A DNA stretch of 64,000 bases, taken from Lutibacter sp. (GTDB lineage: Bacteria; Bacteroidota; Bacteroidia; Flavobacteriales; Flavobacteriaceae). The position numbers and the translations under genes are program-made. Positions 21,937 through 32,928 of the stretch are shown here, one piece after another. The notes below the pieces were generated by a model that did no database searches, was not told the DNA's origin, and was given only the letters and a program-made list of their open reading frames with translations. The stretch spans positions 103,344 to 167,343 of the forward strand of contig NZ_JAEINV010000006.1 of NCBI RefSeq assembly GCF_016342705.1, written 5' to 3'. Position 1 is the stretch's first letter. Each line of letters opens with the position of its first letter.

Positions 21937-23186
21937 ATATACTCATAAAATCTGCTATCATTTTTGACTCATCTAGTCCTTTTCATCAACAAAAAAATGA
22001 TATTTTAATTGAAAAAGGAACCATTACTAAAATTGCTAAATCCATCAACAACCCGAACAATTATCAAGAAATTAAACTTGATAATTTACATGTTTCTCAA
22101 GGTTGGTTTGACTCTAGCGTTTGTTTTGGAGAACCAGGATTAGAAGAAAGAGAAACCATTGCAAACGGTTTATTTACTGCTGCCAAAAGTGGTTTTACTG
22201 CTGTTGCCGTGAACCCGAATACAAATCCGGTAGCCGATAATAAATCTACCATAGAATTTATTAAGCATAAAGCTAGTGGTTTTGCAAGCAAATTATTTCC
22301 TATTGGAAATTTTACCAAAGGAGCTCAAAGTGCTGATCTGGCGGAATTATATGATATGCAAAACTCTGGAGCTATAGCTTTTGGAGATTATAACAAATCT
22401 ATTTGCAATGCTAATTTGTTAAAAATAGGATTGCAATATGCTCAAAATTTTGATGGATTAATTTTAAGTTTTCCACAAGATAATTCAATTGCAACGGAAG
22501 GTTTAGTAAATGAAGAAGTTAACAGTACTAAATTAGGATTAAAAGGAATTCCTGGTTTGGCTGAAGAACTTCAAATTGCGCGCGATTTATTTATTTTAGA
22601 ATATACCGGAGGAAAATTACATATTCCAACAATTTCAACAGAAAAAGCTGTAAAATTAATTAAAGACGCTAAAAAGAAAGGCTTAAATGTAACGTGCAGC
22701 GTTGCAGTACATCATTTAGTTTTAACAGATGATGAATTAAAAAGCTTCAATTCAAACACAAAAGTATTACCTCCTTTAAGAACACCAAAAGACACCAAAG
22801 CACTTATAAAAGCATTAAAAGAAGGTGTCATTGATATGGTTACAAGTGATCATAATCCCATTGATATTGAGCATAAAAAGGTGGAATATTACAATGCTAA
22901 ATTTGGAACTATTGGGTTAGAAAGTTTATTTGGAGCATTAAACAGCGTACTAGATTTAGATACACTTATTAATAGCTTAACAACGAAGTCAAAAACTATT
23001 TTTAAGATAGAAACTACCACTATAGCAGAAGGACAAAAAGCAGATTTAACCTTATTCAATCCAGCCTTTGAATATGAATTTAAAGAATCTGATATTTTAT
23101 CAACTTCTAAAAATTCACTTTTTATTGATAAAAAAATGAATGGAAAAGTGTACGGAATTATTGCAAACAACAATGTTGTTTTATAA
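21933..23186 (+). CDS. pyrC: Dihydroorotase-like amidohydrolase
   Basis: GEPGLEERET, SGFTAV..PNTNP, KVLPPLRT, VTSDHNP. Confidence 0.8.
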   Translation: MNILIKSAIIFDSSSPFHQQKNDILIEKGTITKIAKSINNPNNYQEIKLDNLHVSQGWFDSSVCFGEPGLEERETIANGLFTAAKSGFTAVAVNPNTNPVADNKSTIEFIKHKASGFASKLFPIGNFTKGAQSADLAELYDMQNSGAIAFGDYNKSICNANLLKIGLQYAQNFDGLILSFPQDNSIATEGLVNEEVNSTKLGLKGIPGLAEELQIARDLFILEYTGGKLHIPTISTEKAVKLIKDAKKKGLNVTCSVAVHHLVLTDDELKSFNSNTKVLPPLRTPKDTKALIKALKEGVIDMVTSDHNPIDIEHKKVEYYNAKFGTIGLESLFGALNSVLDLDTLINSLTTKSKTIFKIETTTIAEGQKADLTLFNPAFEYEFKESDILSTSKNSLFIDKKMNGKVYGIIANNNVVL

Positions 23187-23202
23187 CATTAAAAACTTAA
23201 AC

Positions 23203-23532
23203 ATGGATAATTATACTATAAAAGAAGGAAAAACAATTGCTATTATTAGTTACATTACTTGGATAGGTACATTAATTGCCTTTTTTATGCATAATGAAAA
23301 AAGAAATCCGTTTGCAGCTTTCCATATTCGTCAATCAATAGGAATTTCTTTGTTTTCAATGGTAAATAGTGTATTTTTAATACGTTATATTGGTGTTTGG
23401 ACTGCTGGACTTATAGGATTTGGTTTGTTGGTTTTATTGATTATAGGCTTAGTAGGTGCTATACAAGGTGAAGAAAAGAAAATACCATTATTTGGCGATA
23501 TTTTTCAAGATTGGTTTAAAGGAATTGCATAA
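23203..23532 (+). CDS. DUF4870-like small membrane protein
   Basis: IAIISYIT, FHIRQS, IPLFG; ATG 23203 preferred over 23140. Confidence 0.7.
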   Translation: MDNYTIKEGKTIAIISYITWIGTLIAFFMHNEKRNPFAAFHIRQSIGISLFSMVNSVFLIRYIGVWTAGLIGFGLLVLLIIGLVGAIQGEEKKIPLFGDIFQDWFKGIA

Positions 23533-23592
23533 AACTATATTAAAACTTACTTTTGAAGTCGTGCCAAACAGCACGGCTTTTATTTTACATTT

Positions 23593-24246
23593 ATGAAACA
23601 ATTATCATTACAATACATTTCTAGAGAGCCTAATGCTATTTCAGAAAAAACATCGCTTTTAATACTTTTACATGGCTATGGAAGCAATGAAGAAGACTTA
23701 TTTTCATTTGCAACAGAACTACCAGAAGATTTAATAATTATTAGTGCAAGAGCACCACAAACATTAGGGTTTGGTGGCTACGCTTGGTATACAATTAATT
23801 TCACCAGCTCGGCAGAAAAGTTTTCGGATATTCCAGAAGCAATTGCTTCAAGAGATTTAATTGCTAAATTTATTACTGAAATTCAAGAACATTACAATAT
23901 TTCGCCAAATAAAACCTTTCTATTAGGATTTAGTCAAGGAACAATTTTAAGTTATGCAGTAGCTTTAAATTACCCTGAAAAAGTTCAAAAAGTTATTGCA
24001 TTAAGCGGTTATATAAATCCAGATTTGTTACCTAAAGACTTAGATGCTTCTAACTACACTAATTTAGATTTCTTTATATCACACGGAAACGTAGATCAGG
24101 TAATTCCTGTTGATTGGGCAAATAAAGCGCCACAATTTTTAAATGAATTACATATAAAAAATTGTTATCAGGAATACCCTGTAGGACATGGTGTTGCACC
24201 AAAAAACTTCTTCGATTTTAAAAAATGGATTGAAGAAAGAATGTAA
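23593..24246 (+). CDS. Phospholipase/carboxylesterase (alpha/beta hydrolase)
   Basis: LLHGYGS, GFSQG nucleophile, HGNVDQVIP, GHG. Confidence 0.9.
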   Translation: MKQLSLQYISREPNAISEKTSLLILLHGYGSNEEDLFSFATELPEDLIIISARAPQTLGFGGYAWYTINFTSSAEKFSDIPEAIASRDLIAKFITEIQEHYNISPNKTFLLGFSQGTILSYAVALNYPEKVQKVIALSGYINPDLLPKDLDASNYTNLDFFISHGNVDQVIPVDWANKAPQFLNELHIKNCYQEYPVGHGVAPKNFFDFKKWIEERM

Positions 24247-24263
24247 CTATTTATTAAATAATT

Positions 24264-24311
24264 AAAAAAAACGAGCACTTAAATACAACAAATTAAGTGC
24301 TCGTTTTTTTT
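24264..24311. terminator. Bidirectional intrinsic terminator
   Basis: AAAAAAAACGAGCACTTAA / TTAAGTGCTCGTTTTTTTT inverted repeat. Confidence 0.75.
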
Positions 24312-24708
24312 AATCTAACACATGCTTTTCTAACGAAAAACAAACAAATTCACCTTCAAAAACCAAAGTATCTTTTTTATTGAATACAGAAACAGAAACA
24401 ACCGATTTTACATTGCTTATTTTTTCTTTAAAAATGGCCGTTGCAGTTAAAATATCTCCAACAATTGTAGGCTTCACAAATTTCACTTCTGCCTTACCTA
24501 AAACAACATTTGGCTCATTAATTAAAACCATTGCTGCATAATCCGCCAATCCAAAAGTAAAACCACCATGCGAAAGCCCGAATGTATCTACAATCATTTC
24601 TTCTGTTATGGTTAATTGCACCACAGCTTTACTTTCTTCAATAGAAATAACGTTTCCTACTAACTTTTTTGAAGTTTTTAAATGTGTATTTTGAGAAGTT
24701 GTCTTCAT
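24310..24708 (-). CDS. PaaI-like hotdog thioesterase
   Basis: HGGFTFGLADYAAM motif. Confidence 0.8.
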   Translation of the reverse strand: MKTTSQNTHLKTSKKLVGNVISIEESKAVVQLTITEEMIVDTFGLSHGGFTFGLADYAAMVLINEPNVVLGKAEVKFVKPTIVGDILTATAIFKEKISNVKSVVSVSVFNKKDTLVFEGEFVCFSLEKHVLD

Positions 24709-24949
24709 ATTTCTTTATTTATTAGCAAAAATAAGTTGTTTTTATTTTAGAAACATTCTAATTAAGTATTTACAATTCAACTTAAACAATAAAGCAAAAT
24801 TAAAATAGTAGGAATCAAAATGTTGTGAAGATAATTTGAATTTCAATTTAATTTCAAAATTTAAAAGGATTATTTTTTTAAACAATTTATAGCTTCTATA
24901 ATTCTACATTTGATATTTTTTAATAAATTGTAACCTTTAAATAAAACAT

Positions 24950-25681
24950 ATGGTAATTTTAGGAATAGACGTTGGAGGAACAGGAATTAAAGGCGCATTA
25001 GTTAATACAGTAACTGGTGAACTTATTTCAAAAAGGAGAAGAATAGCAACACCTCAACCTGCAACACCAGAAGCTGTTGCGGAAACTATTCAAAAAATAA
25101 TTCACCATTTTAAGTGGAAAGGACCTGTTGGTTGTGGATTTCCAACACCACTAAAAAATGGTAAATGTATAACTGCTGGCAATTTGCATAAAGATTGGAA
25201 AAATTTAAAGGTTGATGATTTTTTTAAAAATAAAACGGGTAATAGTTTTTCTGTATTAAATGATGCTGATGCAGCAGGACTTGCAGAAATTACCTTTGGA
25301 GCAGGAAAAGATGTGAAAGGAACGGTTATCATGATCACTTTAGGAACCGGAATTGGTTCTGCCTTATTTTTAGATGGAAAATTAATACCAAATACTGAAT
25401 TTGGTCATGTACTTCATAAAAGTGGATGTATTTTTGAAAAATATGCTGCAGATTCTGTGCGAATTGAAGAAAATTTAAGTAGAAAACAATGGGGAAAACG
25501 CTTACACAAATACTTTAAACATATTAACTTATTATTATCTCCAGATTTGATTATTATTGGCGGTGGTTCTAGTAAAAAGTTTAGCAAATTTGAAGCCCAA
25601 ATAAATATAGATACTAAAATTATTCCTGCAAAATCGGAAAACGAAGCTGGTATTATTGGTGCTGCTTTGGCTGCTATATAG
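24950..25681 (+). CDS. ppgK: Polyphosphate glucokinase (ROK family)
   Basis: GIDVGGTGIKGA, NDADAAG, TLGTGIGSALF, PNTEFGH. Confidence 0.88.
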   Translation: MVILGIDVGGTGIKGALVNTVTGELISKRRRIATPQPATPEAVAETIQKIIHHFKWKGPVGCGFPTPLKNGKCITAGNLHKDWKNLKVDDFFKNKTGNSFSVLNDADAAGLAEITFGAGKDVKGTVIMITLGTGIGSALFLDGKLIPNTEFGHVLHKSGCIFEKYAADSVRIEENLSRKQWGKRLHKYFKHINLLLSPDLIIIGGGSSKKFSKFEAQINIDTKIIPAKSENEAGIIGAALAAI

Positions 25682-25721
25682 GAAAGAATATTTAAACTTG
25701 AAAAAAGGAGAATTACTATAA

Positions 25722-26033
25722 TTAATGCTGAACGTCTTCGTAACCCCAATTATCTAAACTTCTTAAAATATGTTCTAGAGATTTTCCTCTAGCGCTTAAA
25801 TTGTACTCAACTTTAGGAGGAACTACAGGATAAACTTTTCTAAAAATAAGTCCATCTTTCTCTAATTCTCTCACTGTTTGTGTAAACATTTTATTAGAAA
25901 TTCCATGGATTTTCTTTTGTAATATTCCTGAACGCATAGCGCCATCTAATAAATGAAATAAAATGAGAGGTTTCCATTTAGTTCCAATTAAATTCATGGT
26001 ATAATTTAATGGACAATCAATTTTTTTATTCAA
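25722..26033 (-). CDS. HxlR-family transcriptional regulator
   Basis: CP..IGTKWKPLIL..RELEKDGL..PPKVEY. Confidence 0.9.
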   Translation of the reverse strand: MNKKIDCPLNYTMNLIGTKWKPLILFHLLDGAMRSGILQKKIHGISNKMFTQTVRELEKDGLIFRKVYPVVPPKVEYNLSARGKSLEHILRSLDNWGYEDVQH

Positions 26034-26155
26034 AATAAAAATTTTAAGTAACTGATAATAAATATTTTACTCTTTTAAGTCCCTATAGTACTTTTTAGTA
26101 AGTTAATGTTATAAAGGCAAATATAACTTAATTTTGCAATCAAAATATATAAAAT

Positions 26156-26668
26156 ATGAAAACTACTAATAATTATCCAAAATCTTTTTCACATATTGGA
26201 CTTACAGTTCCAAATATTAAAGAAGCTGTAAAGTTCTATTCTGAAGTAATGGGATGGTATGTAATTATGGAACCTTCAACTGTAAAAAAAGAACGAGATA
26301 CCGCAATTGGATTGATGTGTATTGATGTATTTGGTGAAGATTGGGAAGAATTTGAAATTGCTCATCTTTCAACTTCTGATGGTATTGGAATTGAATTATT
26401 TTCATTTCCAAATGGTGTAAAAAAAGCTCCGGAATTTAATCCTTTCAATACAGGTTTATTTCACTTTTGCATTCAAGACCCCAATATTGAAGATTTAGTT
26501 GCTAAAATTGTATCTTACGGAGGAAAACAAAGAATGCCAATTAGAGAATATTATCCAAAAGATAAGCCTTATAAAATGTGTTATGTTGAAGATCCATTTG
26601 GAATTGTATTTGAAGTTTACACACATAGCTATGAACTTACCTATTCTTCAGGTGCTTACTCAAAATAA
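26156..26668 (+). CDS. VOC/glyoxalase family protein
   Basis: SHIGL, GIELF, FHFC, EDPFG; divergent from hxlR. Confidence 0.85.
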   Translation: MKTTNNYPKSFSHIGLTVPNIKEAVKFYSEVMGWYVIMEPSTVKKERDTAIGLMCIDVFGEDWEEFEIAHLSTSDGIGIELFSFPNGVKKAPEFNPFNTGLFHFCIQDPNIEDLVAKIVSYGGKQRMPIREYYPKDKPYKMCYVEDPFGIVFEVYTHSYELTYSSGAYSK

Positions 26669-26715
26669 AAATTTAAACTAAAAAGCTCATTTTAAATGGG
26701 CTTTTTAATTTCTTA

Positions 26716-28047
26716 TTAGATAAATCCTTTCGCTTTAAATTCTAGGTATTTATTAATCACATTCACCGTTAAATGTTGTGGTTTTGTAAGTATGCCATAA
26801 ATGCCTTTGCTTTCTAATTCTTTTACAATCAAGCGTTTTTCGTAGGCAAATTTTTCGGCTATGGTTTTATGATAAATGGTTTGTAAATCTTCCGCATCTT
26901 CATTAATTAAACTATCAAGCTCTGTATTTTCAAAAAATACAACTACCAATAAATGGAATTTAGAAATAGCTTGTAAAAAGGGCAATTGTCTTTTTAATGC
27001 AGAAATATGTTCAAAATTTGTATATAAAATTAATAAGCTTCTTTGTGTTACTTTTCGTTTTATAAGCGCATATAAATAACCAAAATCAGAATCGGTATAT
27101 TGTGTATTTATATTGTACAGCGCTTCATTAATAGTGTTTAAATGCGTTTTTTTATTACTTGCAGCAACTATAGTATCAACTTTTTTTGCGAAAGTTAACA
27201 AACCTGCTTTGTCGTTTTTCTTAAGTGCAATATTTGAAAAAGCCAAGGTTGAATTAATAGCATAATCTAATAATTTAAGTTCTTCAAAAGGCATTTTCAT
27301 AACTCTACCTAAATCTATAATAGAATAAATTGGTTGCGACTTTTCATCTTGGTACTGATTCACCATTAACTGATTTCGTTTTGCAGTTGCTTTCCAGTTA
27401 ATAGTTCTCACATCATCACCGGCAATGTAATTTTTAATTTGTTCAAACTCTAGCGTATGTCCAATTCTTCTAATTTTCTTCAACCCGAATTCCGTTAACC
27501 GATTGCTCATGGCTAAAAATTCGTATTTTTTCATTTGAATGTAGGAAGGATACACTGCAACCATTTCATTTTCCTGAAATTTAAAGCGTCTGGCAACAAT
27601 TCTTAAAGGTGTTGATACAAATACATTTAAGTTTCCAAAATGATATTCTCCGCGTTCAACAGGTTTTACTGAATATTCAAAATTATAATTTTCAGTACTT
27701 TTTAATTGAATAACTTTTTCAAAATCTCTTTTTTGAAATTGCACTGGCAATTCATCAATTAATTTTGCTTCAATAGTAAATTTATAATTATTTTTTACGG
27801 TGATTGGAATTGGATTTTCATCGGAATTGGAGAACTTTTCAGTTAAAATTCTTCTAGCAGAAACTCCTTTTTTTGCATTAAAAAGCATATAAATATCACC
27901 AAAAAATAACACCGCTAAAATGGTCACTAAAAACCAAGCAGCACTGTACAAAATTGGAATCCAAAAGGAGATCAAAAATGTGGCAGCTATTATGCTTATA
28001 TAAACAAAAAAGCGTTGGTGAATGTATAAGTTTCTAATTATATTCAT
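26716..28047 (-). CDS. DUF58 (vWA-like) protein
   Basis: EFEQIKNYIAGDDVRTINWKATA, IDLGRVM. Confidence 0.9.
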   Translation of the reverse strand: MNIIRNLYIHQRFFVYISIIAATFLISFWIPILYSAAWFLVTILAVLFFGDIYMLFNAKKGVSARRILTEKFSNSDENPIPITVKNNYKFTIEAKLIDELPVQFQKRDFEKVIQLKSTENYNFEYSVKPVERGEYHFGNLNVFVSTPLRIVARRFKFQENEMVAVYPSYIQMKKYEFLAMSNRLTEFGLKKIRRIGHTLEFEQIKNYIAGDDVRTINWKATAKRNQLMVNQYQDEKSQPIYSIIDLGRVMKMPFEELKLLDYAINSTLAFSNIALKKNDKAGLLTFAKKVDTIVAASNKKTHLNTINEALYNINTQYTDSDFGYLYALIKRKVTQRSLLILYTNFEHISALKRQLPFLQAISKFHLLVVVFFENTELDSLINEDAEDLQTIYHKTIAEKFAYEKRLIVKELESKGIYGILTKPQHLTVNVINKYLEFKAKGFI

Positions 28048-28049
28048 AA

Positions 28050-29036
28050 TTAACGTGGCACTTCCACAGATTGCACAATCATTTCTATTACTTTATCTGC
28101 TGTCATCCCTTCCATTTCACGTTCTGGCGTTAAAATAATTCTATGACGCAACACTGGTGAAATTACTTTTTTAATATCTTCAGGAATTACAAAATCGCGT
28201 CCATTAATAGCCGCATATGCTTTTGATGAATTTAAAACGGCAATACTTGCTCTTGGTGAACCTCCTAAATATAAATGAGGATGATTTCTTGTTTTGGTAA
28301 TAATTTGTGCGATGTAAGTCATTAATTTTTCATCAACTAAAATATCGAAAATTTTGTTTTTATACTCTAATAAATCAGCTTCAGACAGTAATGGTGAAAT
28401 TAATGTTTGTGGCAACACTCCTTTTCTATCATGATGCGTTTTTAAAATTAAAATTTCTTCTTCTAAATTTGGATATCCAACATCTATTTTAAACAAAAAT
28501 CGATCAAGTTGTGCTTCTGGTAAAGCATATGTTCCCTCCTGTTCAATTGGATTTTGTGTTGCCAACACCATAAAAGGTGGCTTCATTTTAAACGTATGTC
28601 CATCAATAGAAATCTGGCGTTCTTCCATTACTTCAAATAAGGCGGCTTGTGTTTTTGCCGGAGCTCTGTTAATTTCATCAATTAACACTAAGTTGGAAAA
28701 AATAGGACCATTTCTAAATTCAAATTCAGAAGTTTTCATATTTAAAATAGAAGTTCCCAAGACATCGCTCGGCATTAAATCTGGCGTAAATTGAATTCTA
28801 CTAAAACCCGTATCAATAGTTTTTGAAAGTAATTTTGCCGTAATGGTTTTTGCAACACCTGGAACACCTTCAATTAATACGTGGCCATCTGCTAATAACG
28901 CAACAATTAGCAAGTCCATAAAATGTTCTTGACCCACTATTATTTTACCTAATTCAGCTTTAATTTGAATGACAGCATCTTTTAGTTTTTCTAAATCAAC
29001 TCTATTATTAAAATTCAAATCGTTATTTTCTTCCAT
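28050..29036 (-). CDS. MoxR family AAA+ ATPase
   Basis: GVPGVAKT, RIQFTPDLMPSD, DEINRAPAKTQ, ATQNP; ATG 29036 preferred. Confidence 0.93.
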   Translation of the reverse strand: MEENNDLNFNNRVDLEKLKDAVIQIKAELGKIIVGQEHFMDLLIVALLADGHVLIEGVPGVAKTITAKLLSKTIDTGFSRIQFTPDLMPSDVLGTSILNMKTSEFEFRNGPIFSNLVLIDEINRAPAKTQAALFEVMEERQISIDGHTFKMKPPFMVLATQNPIEQEGTYALPEAQLDRFLFKIDVGYPNLEEEILILKTHHDRKGVLPQTLISPLLSEADLLEYKNKIFDILVDEKLMTYIAQIITKTRNHPHLYLGGSPRASIAVLNSSKAYAAINGRDFVIPEDIKKVISPVLRHRIILTPEREMEGMTADKVIEMIVQSVEVPR

Positions 29037-30231
29037 ATTGAATTGTGTTTTTAAATTTTTCAATCATTTTATTTAATTTGATGAGTTCATCCATAGAAAT
29101 TTGATTCTTTAAATGAATTTCATCACAAAATTTGAAGAGTTCTTCTACTTCTTCAAAATTATTTCCACTTCGTAAAGCAACATATTTATAAAAAGTTTCA
29201 TCAATAGTTGTAGTTGGAATGTGTAGTTTAGTTCTTATAAACTCTAGTAAATAACTTATTTTAAATTCCGATAAATTTTTATGATCTTGATGCTCAAAAT
29301 ACATATTGGCAATAGTGCGAGTAAATGCCAATGTTTGGTTTTTTAAGGGTGTAAGCACTGGAATACTACGTTGCTTTCTTTTTCCTTCAAAAATTACAAA
29401 AAACAACACACCAATTAACGCCATATAATACGCCCATTTTAAATATTTTGAACTCAACAAATAATGCATTGGCGATGAAACTCCGCTTTTCCCAGTTTTA
29501 TAATACGAATCCCATAATAGTGGTTTATTTGGATTTAAATACGACAACACATTTGCAGTATGCTGCTCATATTCTGGCTTTAAAATGTTATAATTTGTAA
29601 AAACTTCTGGAAATGTATGGAAATAAAAATGCCCTTTTCCATAATTAAATTTTACAAAATTAACACCTTCTTCTGTACGTTCATTTGTTGCGTTTACATA
29701 ACCTGTAATACCTAAAACTGTAGTGTTTAAAGTATCTATTTTAGTAAAAACCTGATTTGTAAAAGCTCTGTCAAACGTAAATTCTTTTCCTTTAAAAGCT
29801 TTATTATAAAACTTAAAAAACACTTTTTCATCCAAATTATTACTTACCAAACGCTTGGTTTTAAATTTAAGCGTATCAATTTGAATTCCGTGCGTTGAGA
29901 TAAAAACATCATTTCCTCTTTTTACAAATTGCATTAATCTATGAAACTCTGCATCTCCAAAGTTTAACGTTTCGTCTGCAAAAAAGTAAGTTCCGGTTCT
30001 TGTGGAATCTTCTAAATAAATATACGGTGAAATTTTAATTTCTTCAATAGGAGCTCCAGGCAAAAAAGTTTTTAACTCATTTCTTAAAACATACGTTCCA
30101 AGAGGAATTTTATGACTTTCTAAATAACTAGGAAACCAATTAATTGGTTGTTTTTTAGTGCTTTCAAGATATAAATATCCTAAAATTAGTACTAAAAAAA
30201 CCGCAACATATATTTTAAGTGATTTATCCAA
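29023..30231 (-). CDS. DUF4350-like membrane protein
   Basis: HKIPLGTY, KRKQRSIP; position in MoxR module. Confidence 0.7.
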   Translation of the reverse strand: MDKSLKIYVAVFLVLILGYLYLESTKKQPINWFPSYLESHKIPLGTYVLRNELKTFLPGAPIEEIKISPYIYLEDSTRTGTYFFADETLNFGDAEFHRLMQFVKRGNDVFISTHGIQIDTLKFKTKRLVSNNLDEKVFFKFYNKAFKGKEFTFDRAFTNQVFTKIDTLNTTVLGITGYVNATNERTEEGVNFVKFNYGKGHFYFHTFPEVFTNYNILKPEYEQHTANVLSYLNPNKPLLWDSYYKTGKSGVSSPMHYLLSSKYLKWAYYMALIGVLFFVIFEGKRKQRSIPVLTPLKNQTLAFTRTIANMYFEHQDHKNLSEFKISYLLEFIRTKLHIPTTTIDETFYKYVALRSGNNFEEVEELFKFCDEIHLKNQISMDELIKLNKMIEKFKNTIQYGRK

Positions 30232-30972
30232 CTATTTTTTATTCAATTGTTTAATTATACTTTCAAAATCTGATGAAACTTTACCAAATTCAAATTCATT
30301 AATATCAAAACTTCCATACCAAATAAAATCATACAACTTCGTTAATTTTTTAAACGTTGTTTTTAAATTGGCTTCATGAATTTCTGAAGAGTAATCTTCG
30401 TTTGTTTTTTGTAACTCCCAAACAATTAATTCTTTTTCTTCTAATTGCTTTAATAATTGCAAATAATAATAACGCACTGCTAATCGGTAATTTTTATTTT
30501 CAATAGCTTGTAAAATTAACTTAGAGAGATCTTTATTTTTAATCAATTCCTCTTCTTCTGTAATTGTTACTACAGATTTATTGGTAGCGTTGGAAATAAT
30601 AGCATTTGAATTTACTCTTAAAAAGAATTTAAACAATAAAAATAATACCAATCCTGCAACAATATATGGTAGCGCCATTAATATTGTTTTAAAAATTCCC
30701 TGCGCATTTTTAGCTCCAAAAATCCATTCTAAAAAGCGCACTATTTGCCTACCAAACCAATTTAAAATCCGATCAAACATAGTAGGTTCTTTCACTTCTA
30801 TGTTTTCTGTATAATCAAAATCTTTATCAGCTTTATAGGAATCTAACTTACTTTTATCGAATTTTTTTTGAGTTAATAGTTCCTGATCTTTTTGTACAGT
30901 AAGTGAATCTGATTGTGCAAAAACAGCCAATGAGATAAGTAAAAACCATAAAAAAAGAATTATTTTTTTCAT
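30232..30972 (-). CDS. DUF4129 domain protein
   Basis: YRLAVRYYYL, KTNEDY, YDFIWYG. Confidence 0.75.
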   Translation of the reverse strand: MKKIILFLWFLLISLAVFAQSDSLTVQKDQELLTQKKFDKSKLDSYKADKDFDYTENIEVKEPTMFDRILNWFGRQIVRFLEWIFGAKNAQGIFKTILMALPYIVAGLVLFLLFKFFLRVNSNAIISNATNKSVVTITEEEELIKNKDLSKLILQAIENKNYRLAVRYYYLQLLKQLEEKELIVWELQKTNEDYSSEIHEANLKTTFKKLTKLYDFIWYGSFDINEFEFGKVSSDFESIIKQLNKK

Positions 30973-30976
30973 AAAA

Positions 30977-31864
30977 TTAAAAGCTTGAATCGCTTCCTAT
31001 GCTATCAATTTTCTCAAAAGTTCCAGTTTGATTTTTTTGTTCATTTAAATCGTAATACACAAAAACTGTTGAAATTAATGGAATTGAATACAATACAAAT
31101 TGAAAAACATACGATAAGATATTCAATGCCAAATAAATAGGATCTTTAAAAATTGAAAATACAGCTGTAGGATCTTCACTGCCAACCATGGTTCCCATTT
31201 TTATCATTTGATAAATAAATGCTGGTATTGAAAACGCTTGCCCTAAAATTACCAACAACATCCAAACAACAATTAGCACTCCAAAAGTATTCCACCATTC
31301 TCCTTTAATAAGTGTAAACGCATGTGAAAAAGTATCCCCAATACTTTTTTCTTCAAAAACCATAATTGAAGTTGCCAAAGATAAAACCGTTCCTAAGTAA
31401 ATACCCGGAATGTAACAAAAAACCATTCCAACAATAGTAACTAGTGTAATTAAAAAGCCTAAACCAATAAATTTCCATATATTTTGTAAAATATTGGTTT
31501 TAATTTCAGAAAAAACTGCTTTACCATTATTAGTTATATACGATTTAATAAAGTATAAAGAAGCCATTGATAGTAATGTGTACAACAAAATATACACAAA
31601 AATTAATCCGAATACCCATGAAAATAACGTACCTAAAAATGTTCCTGGATTATTTTGAATTCCACCTATATCTGTAAACAAATCGGACATTGAAAACATA
31701 TAAAAAACCAACACGGTAAGTGCAACCAATAATACGGGTCCAACAATTTTTAAAACTGTTAAAAAATACTCTTTCCAGTTTTCTCTAATAAATTTAAAAG
31801 TGTCTGTAATAATCGCACCTAAATCGCGCTCTTTTTTAAATTCAATAAAATTTTTAATTTCCAT
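30977..31864 (-). CDS. Multi-pass membrane protein
   Basis: About six hydrophobic helices; co-oriented in module. Confidence 0.7.
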   Translation of the reverse strand: MEIKNFIEFKKERDLGAIITDTFKFIRENWKEYFLTVLKIVGPVLLVALTVLVFYMFSMSDLFTDIGGIQNNPGTFLGTLFSWVFGLIFVYILLYTLLSMASLYFIKSYITNNGKAVFSEIKTNILQNIWKFIGLGFLITLVTIVGMVFCYIPGIYLGTVLSLATSIMVFEEKSIGDTFSHAFTLIKGEWWNTFGVLIVVWMLLVILGQAFSIPAFIYQMIKMGTMVGSEDPTAVFSIFKDPIYLALNILSYVFQFVLYSIPLISTVFVYYDLNEQKNQTGTFEKIDSIGSDSSF

Positions 31865-32822
31865 CTACAATTTGATTTTTTGATAATTTAATTGGGTATA
31901 TAACATAATAGTACACAATAGCACTAAATGAAGTTAGTATGATAAAAAGTGCCAACCAATCTGGCATTTCGGTATGTCTAGTTACAAAACCTTCTAAAAA
32001 ACCTGCTACAATAAAAAACGGAATGGTACTTACCATAATTTTCATTCCAGCCTTAAAACTTCTTTTAAAAGATTCTAACCTTGTAAATGTTGCGGGAAAT
32101 AATAAGCCATTTCCCAAAACCAAGCCTGCACAACCAGCAATAATAATTACCGAAATCTCTATAGTTCCATGAATCCAAATAGTTCTTGAAGATTCCCAAA
32201 GCAATCCTTTATCGTAAAAAAAGTATAGAAATGAACCTAACATTATACCATTTTGTAGCATTACATACAGGGTTCCTACGGAAAGAAATATTCCAAAAAC
32301 AAAAGCTGTCATAGCAACCTTAATATTGTTTAATGTAATTGCTATAAACATACTTGTTTCATCCATTTTTTTGTAAACCGCCATAGGATCGCCTTTTTCA
32401 ATATTTTCAAGCGTAGTATTTACATAACTATCACTTAAAATTAAACGAACAAAATCACCATCTGTAGCTGCAGAATATGCTCCAATTATTCCAAAAAATA
32501 CAAATGTTGAGAATGCAATGAGCAATTGTTTATGATATTTTACAAATTCTAAAGGGAATTCTGTTTTAAAAAAGGTAACTAATCTGTTTTTACTTTCCTT
32601 CTTAGTTTTGTAGATGCTTTGGTGCGCTCTAGAGGCAATTGAATTCAAATACAACGCGGTATTACTCTGAGGATAAAAGGTTTTAGCATAACTTAAATCA
32701 TCTGTAATTTCAATGTATAAGTCCGATAATTTATTGGGGGAAACCTGTTCTTTTTTGTCGAGAACATTTTCAAACAATAACCACTTCTTTTTATTTGCTT
32801 TTACAAAGGATGCTTCGCGCAT
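31854..32822 (-). CDS. SpoIIM-like membrane protein
   Basis: MREASFV, NNIKVA, IHGTIE, AGFLEGFVT. Confidence 0.85.
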   Translation of the reverse strand: MREASFVKANKKKWLLFENVLDKKEQVSPNKLSDLYIEITDDLSYAKTFYPQSNTALYLNSIASRAHQSIYKTKKESKNRLVTFFKTEFPLEFVKYHKQLLIAFSTFVFFGIIGAYSAATDGDFVRLILSDSYVNTTLENIEKGDPMAVYKKMDETSMFIAITLNNIKVAMTAFVFGIFLSVGTLYVMLQNGIMLGSFLYFFYDKGLLWESSRTIWIHGTIEISVIIIAGCAGLVLGNGLLFPATFTRLESFKRSFKAGMKIMVSTIPFFIVAGFLEGFVTRHTEMPDWLALFIILTSFSAIVYYYVIYPIKLSKNQIVDGN

Positions 32823-32928
32823 TTTTATTATTTTTGTCGTTTCAATATAACAATTTACATTATTGAAGATTCAAGTTAACGAAAGTAGATAATCAAATTG
32901 TATCAGCCAAAAAGTTCAACAATAAATA